Assembly: GCA_002269645.1 (NCBI GenBank)
Contig: NIVC01000835.1
Coordinates: forward strand, 124,001 to 188,000
Source of the DNA: Macrostomum lignano
Lineage: Eukaryota
Direction of reading: 5' to 3'
DNA: 64,000 bases
Numbering within the stretch: the first letter of the stretch is position 1; each line of letters opens with the position of its first letter. The notes beneath the pieces were generated by a model. The model ran no database searches. It was not told where the DNA came from and worked only from the letters and a program-made list of their open reading frames with translations. Made by a program: the position numbers and the translations under genes. Positions 22,550-34,844 of the stretch are shown in pieces.

Positions 22550-24815
22550 GCTAGTGCAATAATCCTTGGTTTATTAATAGCAATAATCCTTGATTAATCA
22601 AGTGCAATAATCCTTGGTTTATCAAGTGCAATAATCCTTGGTTTATCAAGTGCAGTAATCTTTGGCTTATAAAGTGCAATAATCCTTGGTTTATCAAGTG
22701 CAATAATCCTTTGTTTATCAAGTGCAATAATCCTTGGTTTATCAAGTGCAATAATCCTTGGTTTATTAAGTGCAATAATCCTTGGTTTATTAAGTGCAAT
22801 AATCCTTGGTTTATCTAGCGCAGTAATCCTTGGCTTATCAGGTGCAATAATCCTTGGTTTATCAAGTGCAATAATCCTTGGCTTATCAAGTGCAATAATC
22901 CTTGGTTTATCAAGTGCAATAATCCTTGGTTTATCAAGCGCAGTAATCTTTGGCCTATCAAGTGCAATAATCCTTTGTTTATCAAGTGCAATAATCCTTG
23001 GTTTATCAAGTGCAATAATCTTTGGTTTATCAGATGCAATAATCCTTGGCTTATCAACTGCAATAATCATTGGTTTATCAAGTGCAATAATCCTTGGCTT
23101 ATCAAGTGCAATAATCCTTGGTTTATCAAGTGCAATAATCCTTGGTTTATCAAGCGCAGTAATTTTTGGCCTATCAAGTGCAATAATCCTTGGTTTATCA
23201 AGTGCAGTAATCCTTGGCCTATCAAGTGCAATAATCCTTGGTTTATCAAGTGCAATAGTCTTTGGTTTATCGAGTGCAGTAATCCTTAGTTTTCCAAGTG
23301 CAGTAATCCTTGGTTTATTAAGAGCAATAATCCTTGGTTTATCGAGTGGAGTAGTCCTTGGTTTATTAATATCAATAATCCTTGAATAATCCAGTGCATT
23401 AATCCTTGGCTTATCAAGTGCAACATTCTTTACTATCAAGTGCAATAATCCATGGCTTATCAAGTGCAATAATCCTTGGCTTATCAAGTGCAATAATCCT
23501 TGGTTTATCAAGTGCAATAATCCTTTGTTTATCAAGTGCAATAATCCTTTGTTTATCAAGTGCAATAATCCTTTGTTTATCAAGTGCAATAATCCTTGGT
23601 TTATCAAGCGCAGTAATCCTTGGCTTATCAAGTGCAATAATCCTTGGTTTATCAAGTGCAATAATCCTTGGTTTATCAAGCGCAGTAATTTTTGGCCTAT
23701 CAAGTGCAATAATCCTTGGTTTATCAAGTGCAGTAATCCTTGGCCTATCAAGTGCAATAATCCTTGGTTTATCAAGTGCAATAGTCTTTGGTTTATCGAG
23801 TGCAGTAATCCTTAGTTTTCCAAGTGCAGTAATCCTTGGTTTATTAAGAGCAATAATCCTTGGTTTATCGAGTGGAGTAGTCCTTGGTTTATTAATATCA
23901 ATAATCCTTGAATAATCCAGTGCATTAATCCTTGGCTTATCAAGTGCAACATTCTTTACTATCAAGTGCAATAATCCATGGCTTATCAAGTACAATAATC
24001 CTTGGCTTATCAAGTGCAATAATCCTTGGTTTATCAAGTGCAATAATCCTTTGTTTATCAAGTGCAATAATCCTTTGTTTATCAAGTGCAATAATCCTTT
24101 GTTTATCAAGTGCAATAATCCTTGGTTTATCAAGCGCAGTAATCCTTGGCTTATCAAGTGCAATAATCCTTGGTTTATCAAGTGCAATAATCCTTGGTTT
24201 ATCAAGCGCAGTAATCTTTGGCCTATCAAGTGCAATAATCCTTGGTTTATCAAGTGCAGTAATCCTTGGCCTATCAAGTGCAATATTCCTTGGTTTATCA
24301 AGTGCAATAGTCCTTGGTTTATCGAGTGCAGTAATCCTTGGTTTTCCAAGTGCAATAATCCTTGGCTTCTTGAGTGCAGTAATCCTTGGTTTGCCAAGAG
24401 CAATAGTCCTTGGTTTATCGAGTGCAGTAATCCTTGGTTTTCCAAGTGCAGTAATCCTTGGTTTATTAATAGCAATAATCCTTGGCTTCTTGAGTGCAGT
24501 AATCCTTGGTTTGCCAAGAGCAATAGTCCTTGGTTTATCGAGTGCAGTAATCCTTGGTTTTCCAAGTGCAATAATCCTTGGCTTCCTGAGTGCAGTAATC
24601 CTTGGTTTGCCAAGAGCAATAGTCCTTGGTTTATCGAGTGCAGTAATCCTTGGTTTTCCAAGTGCAGTAATCCTTGGTTTATTAATAGCAATAATCCTTG
24701 GCTTCTTGAGTGCAGTAATCCTTGGTTTGCCAAGAGCAATAGTCCTTGGTTTATCGAGTGCAGTAGTCCTTGGTTTATTAATAGCAATAATCCTTGGCTT
24801 ATCGAGTGCAGTAAT
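22550..24815. repeat. 24-bp satellite caagtgcaataatccttggtttat (~94 copies) with higher-order duplications
   Basis: Direct reading; the landmark gaataatccagtgcatt...acattctttact recurs 526 bp apart. Confidence 0.95.
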
Positions 24816-24884
24816 CTAAGTGTTTTTATTTAGTCCTTTAATAAAACCTTTTAATAAAAAAATTTACACTACTACTTTTAAACT

Positions 24885-24950
24885 ACTTAGATTCGAACCT
24901 AGGTCGCTGCATTAGCAGTCTGGTCTGTTCAGCTCTAGGCTAGCTCTCAT
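24885..24950 (-). mobile_element. Degenerate tRNA-like/SINE head fragment
   Basis: Minus strand TAGCCTAGAGCTG...AGGTTCGAATCT (A- and B-box like). Confidence 0.35.
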
Positions 24951-25843
24951 CGAAGTTATCAGTGATGTTGTACCACTTATATAATTCAACACTCACACCA
25001 AGTCAGGTAGAGTAAAAAGTCTCACGAAGCAGTTATGACATAATCAATTTCTTAGGCAAGTCAGTACCAGTGTCTATGAAAGTTTACAATATGGTTACGT
25101 AATATAAATTCAGTACTGCGCTATGCTTTCACACTCAAAGCTGTGACGCAATTCAATTGAGTGTCAAATTCAGCCAGTACACAGACGATAAATAAAGTGT
25201 ATTGTGATGCAATCTATTTCAGAATCAGAATTCAACCAGTCAGTTTTTCTGCTAGCATTCTTACGATGCATTTCAAGTCGAAAGAGCTGCTTGACCTTTG
25301 CAAAAAAGCATGTTTTTCGAATATTTAATCCCTTTAGCATCAAGCAATTTCTTAGCCACAATGCATGTACTGTCATGGGAAAATTTCTGATCGAACAGTG
25401 CAAGTTCGAAGAAAATCGGTTGAGCCGTTTTTGCTAAAATCGATCACACACACACACATACACACACACACATACCGACAGACCATTTTTAGTATATGGA
25501 ATACAAGTGTAATTATTATGCATTGCATATTTCTACAATATGATTATTATGTACCTTATAAAAAACCTACACTATTTTTATTAGGTAAAAATCATATTAA
25601 ATGCATGAAAAACACAAACAATATTATCAATTGATAAACATTAATGTGGTATCGGTATAGCACAATGTACCTATTAGGTAAAACAGAAAATTCTCCCAGT
25701 TTCCAAAGTTAAGCCTATAGAAATTTCTAGAAGCTTCTACATGGTCTTATGTGAAAAGGTATATAAATACTATTGACTAATATAGAGCAGCCTAAATTCA
25801 AGTTTCAGCTAATGTCACAATACTATTATATGTACTTTACATA

Positions 25844-26099
25844 CATGCGCAACTGCTGGCCAACCTGGCCGATCTGGACACCATAAATTGTCGTGGACCA
25901 AGGGTAAGTCGCAAAAATGCCCAGCCTAAAGAATACAGACATAGTACTAATTAGATGACAAGGCATTTAGCCCTTTTAAGACAGTCAAAGTTACTCATGC
26001 CGTTTACCCAAAATTGCGTTAGGTTTTTTTACAGGTAAGTTGCATTTTTGGTCAAAAAGTAAGTCGCATGGTCAGTGTAAATCAGGGGGGTTGCGCATG
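25844..26099. mobile_element. MITE with 10-bp TIR CATGCGCAAC...GTTGCGCATG and TA flanks (Tc1/mariner-like target)
   Basis: TA at 25842-43, perfect 10-bp inverted termini, TA at 26100-01. Confidence 0.7.
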
Positions 26100-29061
26100 T
26101 ATGTGTATTTTAAGTACTTCATTTCATAGAAGGCTTCACAAATCCCAAGAACTTTCTGTTTTATCCAATAATTTTTTGGTATCTAGCATGCATCTACAAG
26201 TTTTCTTAAAGTATTATAATAGGGCTATTTTTTATCTATGCTTATACTATTATAATTAAAACTATTAAACAACTTATCAATTATAGTAAATATTGTTATA
26301 ACTGGTATATATTTTAAGGCACATACATAGTCTTGTATTTATATATATACTAAAACATTGTATATTATTTATATATGTTGTCTATATATATAAAAAAAAA
26401 TAATAAATAATAAAATTGAATATTCTTTAGTTTTCATGTTAAGAAATTTTATATACAAAAGTAGCTATTTATATTTTGCTTTAAATAGCAAAAAAGTTAT
26501 ATATGCTTATATTACTTATAGCCAATAGAAATAAACTTTGTCTTATTACTATATACATATACCACATGATTAACATAGCACATATACAAGGGTATAGCAT
26601 CAAATGTAAGCAATTCATTTGTTTAAATTTTCATCCACTTAAATGCAACTTGTCACTTTATCTACTAATAGCCAAACTAACAGCAAATTTGCTAATTAAT
26701 TGCTAGAAATATTTTTAAAAATGCCCTCTTAATTTTTAGTACTAAAAGACCATTTTTAGTATATTAGAATACAAACCTTAGAGATTTTGTATATTTAGAT
26801 ATAAATAACAAAACCTGTTAAACTCTATACTATTATGCAATGATAATTTATATGTCAATTAAGTTTAATTACTATTTTCAAAGCAAGATAGGCATAATAA
26901 TAGATGCATATAACAATCTAAAATTGTTGCCAAAGATGTATAACTGGAATAAAACTAAACTATTAACAATAAAACAATAATAAAACTACCAAAATACCAT
27001 ACATTAAAGTTTGTAAACTTAGTTTAGGTCATTATTAGTTTTGTTAACAATTCCAAGAGGTAAAAGTAGTATAGTATCAACTAGATTAGCCAAAATAAAT
27101 GTTGGTGCTACTCATATATGCCCAATACCTATTTGACCCAACAAGAGTTTTGGCCAAGATAAGTTGCAAAAGATAGCATTTTTACAGAAAATTCTGGCAC
27201 AAAAAGATATTGAAATTGTGCTACCCAGCATATTCAGGCACAATAACAAGTAGGAGAAAGGAGGAATCTAACATAGTATGATGCAAGACAAAACCTTTTA
27301 GCAAGACAATATTTTTGCAAACAGAAAATTAGCACTTTTTTGCTCATGTATTGATGGCTTTTTAAATTAAAATATATTAAACTTGTATTTGTTAACTTGT
27401 AACTTGTATGCATATTAACTTATAAAATTGAAAATATTTTGTATTCTTGTTTTTTTACAAAAAAGTTTTAGCCCATAGTCCAAGCAAACTTTTTTGATAA
27501 GATTTGTTCTTGCACAAGCATGCCATGATCCTGACTATAGATTTGGATCTTTGATCTTAATTATTTTAAATTTTGGGATATAGTAGACCTAAAAATACCT
27601 TTTTTAATTGCGTAATAGACCCTTATTACCAGATAATTTGGTTGCTCTTAATGCTTTTTTGAAATATTATTTATAGCACAAAATTTACATATAAAAATAT
27701 TTGTTTAAATGCTCTTTTATGAGCTTGAGAAAACTGGAAAGCTTGAAATTTGCTCTTAAAAATGAACTTTTTTCACCCTTTTTCTACTTCACAATAACTT
27801 TTACGCATGATTCTATAAAGTGCATGCCAGGTGTGCACACATACTATTTTCTAAGGAGTGATGCATGCCTATTGTGCACGCCTAATTTTGGCGTGCAAGG
27901 CTAATGCATGCCCAAATTTTTGGGCATATACTACATGATCCAGAGTGTGGAGTAGATGAACTTAATATTACAAGAAGTGGAAATTATTTTCTCTGCCAGA
28001 GATAAACATGTATTAGGATTCTATTATCTTGCTTTATTAAACAAATGTTTTGTTACGTTCTATAGGCTTTGCCAAAGTGGATTTTCCAAAATGGTATTTT
28101 GCTGAGATGGCCTTTACCAAAGTGGTCTTTTGCGAAAATGGTCAGCAGTGTCAGCATCCATCCTTATTCATTTATTTAAACTCAAAGATTTTTCTATTTA
28201 AAAAAGCTAACAAGAAAACTGAAAAGGGACCTAACTAAAATTAAAGTTAAAATTTGGCATAGTGTCACAATTTTTTCCAAGTGTAAATATCATGTGCAAT
28301 ATTTTTTCTGGTGTAACTTTAATTTATAGCATAAGGGGGGCATTTTTTCTGGCATACTGTGTAACAGATTAGAGTGTAGGGCCTATATCAATCAGGCAAT
28401 ATGACCCTACGGCCTAAGAATACAGTAACAATGCATAGTGTCATAGTGATATGTAGGATCTACTTATAGAAATATAAAATAGCTAAAGTATAGTTCAGAT
28501 AAAATATTTCAAACACAAAGCAAAAAGAGCCTAAAACAAAATTAAAAAACTGACATTAAATGTTATGAATGCAATGTCACTGACACTGAGAAGTGAGAAT
28601 GTCTTATTAAACTGTATCTGAACGAATAGAAAGATAGAACATAAGAAAAGTTAACTTTATTATTAATTACTTAAGTATCAAAATTATATAGCTATTATTA
28701 AATAAGCATTCAAAACATGCAGAACATTAAGAGCAATAAAACCAAGGCGGCAGCAAACTGAGCAAAGCGTCGCGTATATGAGGTCGATTTCCAAGAAAAA
28801 ATATTTCCTTCTCGCAAGTTAAATAATAATTTTTGTATGTGATATAACAAAGGATAAGTCAAGGTTTGATACCAAATATATTTTACGATAATTTATGAGC
28901 AACAAAAGTTTTTTACACTAAATTAAACGTAATAAAATGAATCAAAGTTATTTTCTTCACAAGTTCAAGCACTTTTAAAAGTGGTATTCATCAACATAAA
29001 TTTTAAATAAAGTTTTCAGTAAATCGATTGTTTAAGTCAAAATTTAACATTAGTCTATAAG

Positions 29062-29105
29062 CTGATTTTCTTCTCATCTGCTAGCACTCTTATCTTAAAT
29101 TTTAG
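29062..29105 (+). promoter_or_regulatory. Acceptor-like sites just upstream of the Clc ATG
   Basis: ttttcttctcatctgctag| (AG at 29083-84) and aaattttag|ttATG (AG at 29104-05). Confidence 0.4.
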
Positions 29106-29107
29106 TT

Positions 29108-29270
29108 ATGGCAGAAGATCCATTGTCTGATTTTCTTAGCCGAGAGCAGGAACACATGAATGAGCTAGGGGATGACTTCGTCTCAGGACAAAATCAGGAT
29201 CAAGACCAAGAAGAACAAAATCATGAACAAAACAACGAGTTTGTTGAAGAGGATTGGAACGGCATTGGCG
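29108..29270 (+). CDS. Clc: Clathrin light chain exon 1 (MAEDPLSDFLSREQEHMNELGDDF...)
   Basis: N-terminal DPxxxFLxREQ motif typical of clathrin light chains. Donor G|GTAGGT, phase 1, compatible with exon 2. Confidence 0.88.
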
Positions 29271-32066
29271 GTAGGTTATGTAGTTTTTTGGATTGTTGCT
29301 TGATTTTAATATGAATTCAAATAAGGTATTAATTATTGTTTTTTAAATTTTACATAGGCCTAAAAGGCTAATCATAACAATGAGAATGGCAATGTCAATG
29401 AAATCTAGATATGCCTAGTGTATAATGTTTTATCTTAGTAACAAAGTGAATTTTATGCGCTTCATTTTGCAACATGGTTAATAGAAATAGTACCATGCCT
29501 TATAGTAACATTTCATTTTTGGTAACAAAGCTGTTTGTTTGCAAAAAAATCATTTAATATATAGGCCTAATAATCAGGATTATTATTGGCCCTATGCCAT
29601 TGTCCAGATGGGTGTGGGTTGTTTTGTCTGCTGCCATAGTTAGGAAGGCAATCGATTTCACCAAATTTTCTGGTACAAATTGGCCATTTCTCTGGCCAAA
29701 ACAACCAAAGTTAACAGGAAAAATGACAGCCTACAACTTGGCACAGTTGGCGCAGGGGATAGATTCCTTTGATTACTTTTTTGTATTTTTGGATATTTTG
29801 TTGTTACAATTATAGTAACTTTAACAACAATCGTTCATTTACCTAATTAATTTTATGGAACTTTTACAAAAATTGTTATTTTTAATGAACATTAAAGACT
29901 ACTCAAAGTTCAAATTCAAATTTCTATTTATTGTTTGCTGTTTGCCATTTGATCTTATTGCTGAATCATCATTTTTATATTGTTATAAACAGCATTTTAA
30001 CTATTTTAAGCATTGGCACATGGTGCAAGGAGAAATAATTGCTTCGGCACATGGCGCATTTGAAAAAAGGGGGGAAATTTATTCCAGCACACATGGCGCA
30101 CTTTCCTGACTATGGGTCTACTGGAGATGCATGCTAGGGTAGACATTTTGTCTGCTATTATGTCTAATGAAAACAATATTTTGTTTGGCATAAATCATTA
30201 AAGTATATATTGGTATAAATCAATAAAGAGCAGTATTTGCTACAAATAAGCATCTATTTTTTACCATTTAGTGCTACTTTTGTTAAGATAAATGTAGATG
30301 GTCAGCAGTTGGAAGTTTTAAATATACATTTGAAAGAAAATTTGTACAAAGTCTGAAATCAATGTAGTTTCTAGTAGAAGCTATTATGCTTTTCTTATTA
30401 TGCTTTTGGAGACCATGATATGCAAAGACCGCTCTTGAATTGTTAAGTTCTTTTGGAACTCTTGGGCTCTTAGCTTTTCTCAAATTTATTAATTATGTTT
30501 AAGAGAGTCGAGCTTTACTGGTTCAAGCAACTGTTAGCTGCCTACACAGCCATAGACAAAAATAAACTGAATTATGCTCAAAAATACAAGTGAAGCTCGC
30601 AATAAGTTTGCTATGCTCAACCCATAGCAGAAGCATTCACAAATATAGATTAAAATAAGAGTTCATAGTGAAAAAATAAAAGACAGAAAGGCTATAATAA
30701 AAATTCACATGAAATACATTAGGGACTTATAGTCAAAATATTAAAATTAATGTTTAAAATCACAGTTAAAATGAAAGCTAAATTTATATAGCGCCATCTC
30801 TTCAAATTATGTTATGTAGCATATAAACTAACTATATCAAATTGGTTTTCTTTGTTTTGAATATTGGCAACTAAATTATGTACATATTAACTAACTAATC
30901 ATATAATACATCATATGTCATATTAATAATGCCAGCAAACAAACTTATAGTAGACAAAATTATTGCATCTTATCCAGATCATGCTAGCTATATACTAGAA
31001 ATAATTTGGCTTGCATTCTTCACTTTATCCCAAATTATGCCAAGCAATAAATGGCCCTAAGCCAAGGCATTATAGAAAAATAAATAGTTATAAAACCTTA
31101 GCATATTTAACATTAATTTAGATATCCTAGGGCTTTGTCTTTTATAAATATTCTGCCACTAGGCTACCAAAGTTGTGCTAGGGGTATTCTACTTCTTTGC
31201 TAATTTCATTGCTTTCACCAAGTTGTCATAGACATATTTTGTAATATAATACTTTGATGCACTTTAAATATACTGTATACTATATAGGGACTTCAGTGAG
31301 ATTTTGAAAGGCAAAAGCTTTGAATTCAGTTTTTTTCATAACAAAAATAGATAGGCTACATTATTATGAACATAAAAAGTGCTTACTTTAATTGTTTGGT
31401 TCAGTAATAAAAAGTTATTAACATTTTATTTTTTAAAATTCATTTTTTTAAATGGCCAAAATGTATTATGGAATGTAACCTTTTTTAAATAAAAGTTAAG
31501 GATTTTTTTATTTTAATGTGAAGAACTTTTTTATTTGAAAAGTTGACTATTGAGTTTAGTGTCATTTTATTTTTTTAAGCTCTATATCAAATTTTATCAA
31601 GAGTGAGTCTTGGATTTCAAGACTTTTTATATTCAATTTGTCTTGCAATTTAGTATAAAAAAAGCTTCAAAATGCTTCCCCCTTTGGATTAAAAAAATAT
31701 TTGGATTTTTCATATTTTAAATGATAAAAGTTATATCTATATATATATTTTGATATAACTGAAAACTCCATGTGTGACAGCAAATTCTTCCCAATTTTTT
31801 TGCTCTGTAGTTTTGTATATTGAACACAATTTTTTAATCATTTTTCTTCCTCTTTATTAGAAATTGTAAAAAAATTATGCATATAGAACTATAATGTAAT
31901 AAATTAATTTTATTAAAAACATTAAGCATCAAATTATTGTAGTATTTATCTATCTTTCTTTTTTACAAAGATAGTTTGTTTAAAACATTGTTTTTAATGA
32001 AAACTTTTGACTTTACATTATAATTGTACCTATTTTCCATGACCTCTTCTTTGTAAACTATACATA

Positions 32067-32231
32067 CATGCGCAACCTTGGGAATCACTCGGCTATTTCT
32101 ATTGGCAACACACACATGTAAGTCGCTATTGGCTGAAAGCAGTCATGTGACTACTATTCTGTCCAATAGTGACTTACGTGTGTGTTGCCAATAGAAATGG
32201 CTGGGTGAATCCCTAGGTTGCACCCAAGCAT
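32067..32231. mobile_element. Palindromic MITE sharing the TA|CATGCGCAAC terminus, with ~60-bp imperfect inverted arms
   Basis: Left arm caaccttgggaatcactcggctatttctattggcaacacacacatgtaagtcgctattgg vs reverse complement of right arm caacctagggattcacccagccatttctattggcaacacacacgtaagtcactattgg. Confidence 0.7.
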
Positions 32232-32666
32232 GAAACTATACTAAATTAATGAACTTTCGAAGGTCAAGTTATATTTGATTTTATTGCATTTTTCTTCTAG
32301 ATTACAGAGTATTATACTTTTTTAATTCAATTTAGTTTCAGAAAATTTTATACTTAAAGTAGCAATGTTTTAGCATATTCAAAAAATTTTCCTACATTTT
32401 ACCTTATACTTTATATCTTATATAAAGTATATTGTATATTATGTACTATTGGCCTAAGTAGTCTTATGGCACTATACTTATCCTATTTTATGTATTATGT
32501 CTACTCCTATTGAGGATTTCTCTCAGTTAGGGTGGTGCTACTACTAGCAAAAACAATCACCTGTTCTAATAAATTGCTATTAATTTTACACATTAGCTAA
32601 AAAATAAGACTTGAAAGTTGTTCAAAATGAGTATCAATATTCCCCTTTCCACTGGTTGAATGCCAG

Positions 32667-32966
32667 GCGGTGACCAGCAGCCGCCAGCTGAGGAGAACGG
32701 TCCCCAGGACACCTATTCGGCCATCCGCTCGGCCGACACTGAGCAAGGCGAGCCAGAAAAGATTCGCCAATGGCGCATAGAATTCGAAGCTAAAATTGCC
32801 GAGAAAGACGAGGCCGAGGCCAAAGCTATTAACGAATGGCGCGAGTCTGCCAAGCACGAGCTGGAGACCTGGGCCAAGAATCACGAGGAGCAGATGGCTA
32901 AGAATAAGACTGGCAATCGGGAGACTCAGGAAGCTTTCATTCGGGAGCGCGATGAAAGCCTGCCTG
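32667..32966 (+). CDS. Clc: Clathrin light chain exon 2 (...EPEKIRQWRIEFEAKIAEKDEAE...ELETW...NKTGNRETQEAFIRERDESLP)
   Basis: tgccag|GC acceptor, G|GTAAGA donor, 300 nt. Contains the heavy-chain-binding helix EPExIRxWR...KD. Confidence 0.95.
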
Positions 32967-33104
32967 GTAAGACGGCTATTCGGGTCATGCGATGATTTTT
33001 GGGGGCGTAAGACGGGAAGATGAGTCATGGCTTCTTCGCCATTCTCTTGAATATTTTGCAAAGCCATTTTAGAAATCTTCAAGTTTGGCCGCCGTTTTGA
33101 CCCG

Positions 33105-33950
33105 CCGGCCTCCCAGATCCTCAGCTGCTGAGCCAGCCTCCCAAATCCTCAGCTGCTGGGCCAGCCTCCCAGATCCTCAGCTGCTGGGCCAGCCTCCCAG
33201 ATGCTCAGTTTCTGGGCCAGCCTCCCAGATCCTCAGTTTCTGGACCAGCCTCCCAGATGCTCAGCTGCTGGGCCAGCCTCCCAGATGCTCAGTTTCTGGG
33301 CCAGCCTCCCAGATCCTCAGTTTCTGGACCAGCCTCCCAGATGCTCAGTTGCTGGGCCAGCCTCCCAGATCCTCAGTTTCTGGACCAGCCTCCCAGATCC
33401 TCAGTTGCTGAGCCAGCCTCCCAGATCCTCAGCTGCTGGGCCAGCCTCCCAGATCCTCAGTTGCTGGGCCAGCCTCCCAGATCCTCAGTTGCTGGGCCAG
33501 CCTCCCAGATCCTCAGTTGCTGGGCCAGCCTCCCAGATCCTCAGTTGCTGGGCCAGCCTCCCAGATCCTCAGTTGCTGGGCCAGCCTCCCAGATCCTCAG
33601 TTGCTGGGCCAGCCTCCCAGATCCTCAGTTGCTGAGCCAGCCTCCCAGATCCTCAGTTGCTGAGCCAGCCTCCCAGATCCTCAGTTGCTGGGCCAGCCTT
33701 CCAGATGCTCAGTTGCTGGGCCAGCCTCCCAGATGCTCAGTTGCTGGGCCAGCCTCCCAGATGCTCAGTTGCTGGGCCAGCCTTTCAGATCCTCAGTTTC
33801 TGGGCCAGCCTTTCAGATCCTCAGTTGCTGGGCCAGCCTACCAGATCCTCAGTTGCTGGGCCAGCCTCCCAGATCCTCAGTTGCTGGGCCAGCCTACCAG
33901 ATCCTCAGCTGCTGGGCCAGCCTCCCAGATCCTCAGTTGCCGGGCCAGCC
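33105..33950. repeat. 28-bp minisatellite cccagatcctcagttgctgggccagcct (Clc intron 2)
   Basis: Period 28. Confidence 0.95.
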
Positions 33951-34844
33951 ACCAACTCTAAGCAGCCACTTTGTAAAAGAGAGTCGCATTGTCAGTGCTA
34001 TTTTGGGCACCCATTGCTGATAATTTGAAACCCAAGCTGTAATATCGCACTAACGAACTCAAAAGCAACACAATAATTGCCCGCGCAGGTGCCCATACTG
34101 AGCCAGGTATGCCGCCTCGACGGCCTGTCATAATTTGTCTGTTTCAGTTGATCCCTATTCTCGTGAAATTGTTTGGTTTCTGTTTAGTTCAATCGATAGA
34201 CCTGCGCCCTATAGTGAGACACTGCAGTCCAACGGCGCCACCGTTTAACAGTGCCAGCTGGGATGCTAATGAATTATTTTACCTATTTAACATGGCCTTA
34301 TTTGTTGTTATTTATCCTAAATGTGCGTCGCATGTTCTAATCATATTAATGAGGACAGTAAAGGTTTTTAGGCTTAGGAAGGCAAAATCATGCATGCATG
34401 AACACACATTTAATAGTCTGATTTTTATGTTAACTAGCAAAGTACGGCCAAGCCTGTATTGGGTCCGATTGTATGTTAACACGAATTGTACAGATTTAAA
34501 TGTGCACGCACAACAAGAGGTATTATTGTTATTTTGCCAATGCATAATTTTTTTAAGTTGGCAAACCCTACGTTAAAGATGCTCCCTAACAACACTGTCA
34601 ATTTATTGTTTCTGTGGTTGCATGCTTTTTTGCTACTCGTAGTAGTATATCAAATAGCGTATTTTTTAAATCCTGGCTGTTATTGGTACTTTTTACTAAT
34701 CGCTTGGTAGTTACGACTAGGGTTATTTATTATTTATGTTCAGTCATGATTTACAATAGAGAGACTTGGCTTTTGATCGTCTGGTTCCCTTGTATTTATT
34801 ATGCCAAGGGACTTATCAGCTTGGTTTTGTTGTCCAGTTTGTGA

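Larger units (their letters stand above)
21776..25500 (-). mobile_element. Putative non-autonomous Helitron-like element containing tandem-repeat arrays
   Basis: Minus-strand 3' end has a GC hairpin (GGGCGCCCCGAAGGGGGGCCGC) followed by ...TTGCTAG|T. Minus-strand 5' end begins TCCATATACT...(TG)n...AACGGCTCAACCGATTTT, as in known non-autonomous invertebrate Helitrons. That both ends belong to one copy is inferred. Confidence 0.55.

Noticed and set aside
22551-24833. LRR-like or repeat-protein ORFs (LHLINQGL, ALDKPRII)
   Set aside because: 24-bp DNA satellite open in several frames on both strands; variation follows DNA-level, not protein-level, constraint.
34109-34844. ORFs in Clc intron 2 (155 aa and others)
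   Set aside because: No homology recognised, no coding-like composition or splice signals, and not needed for the complete Clc protein.
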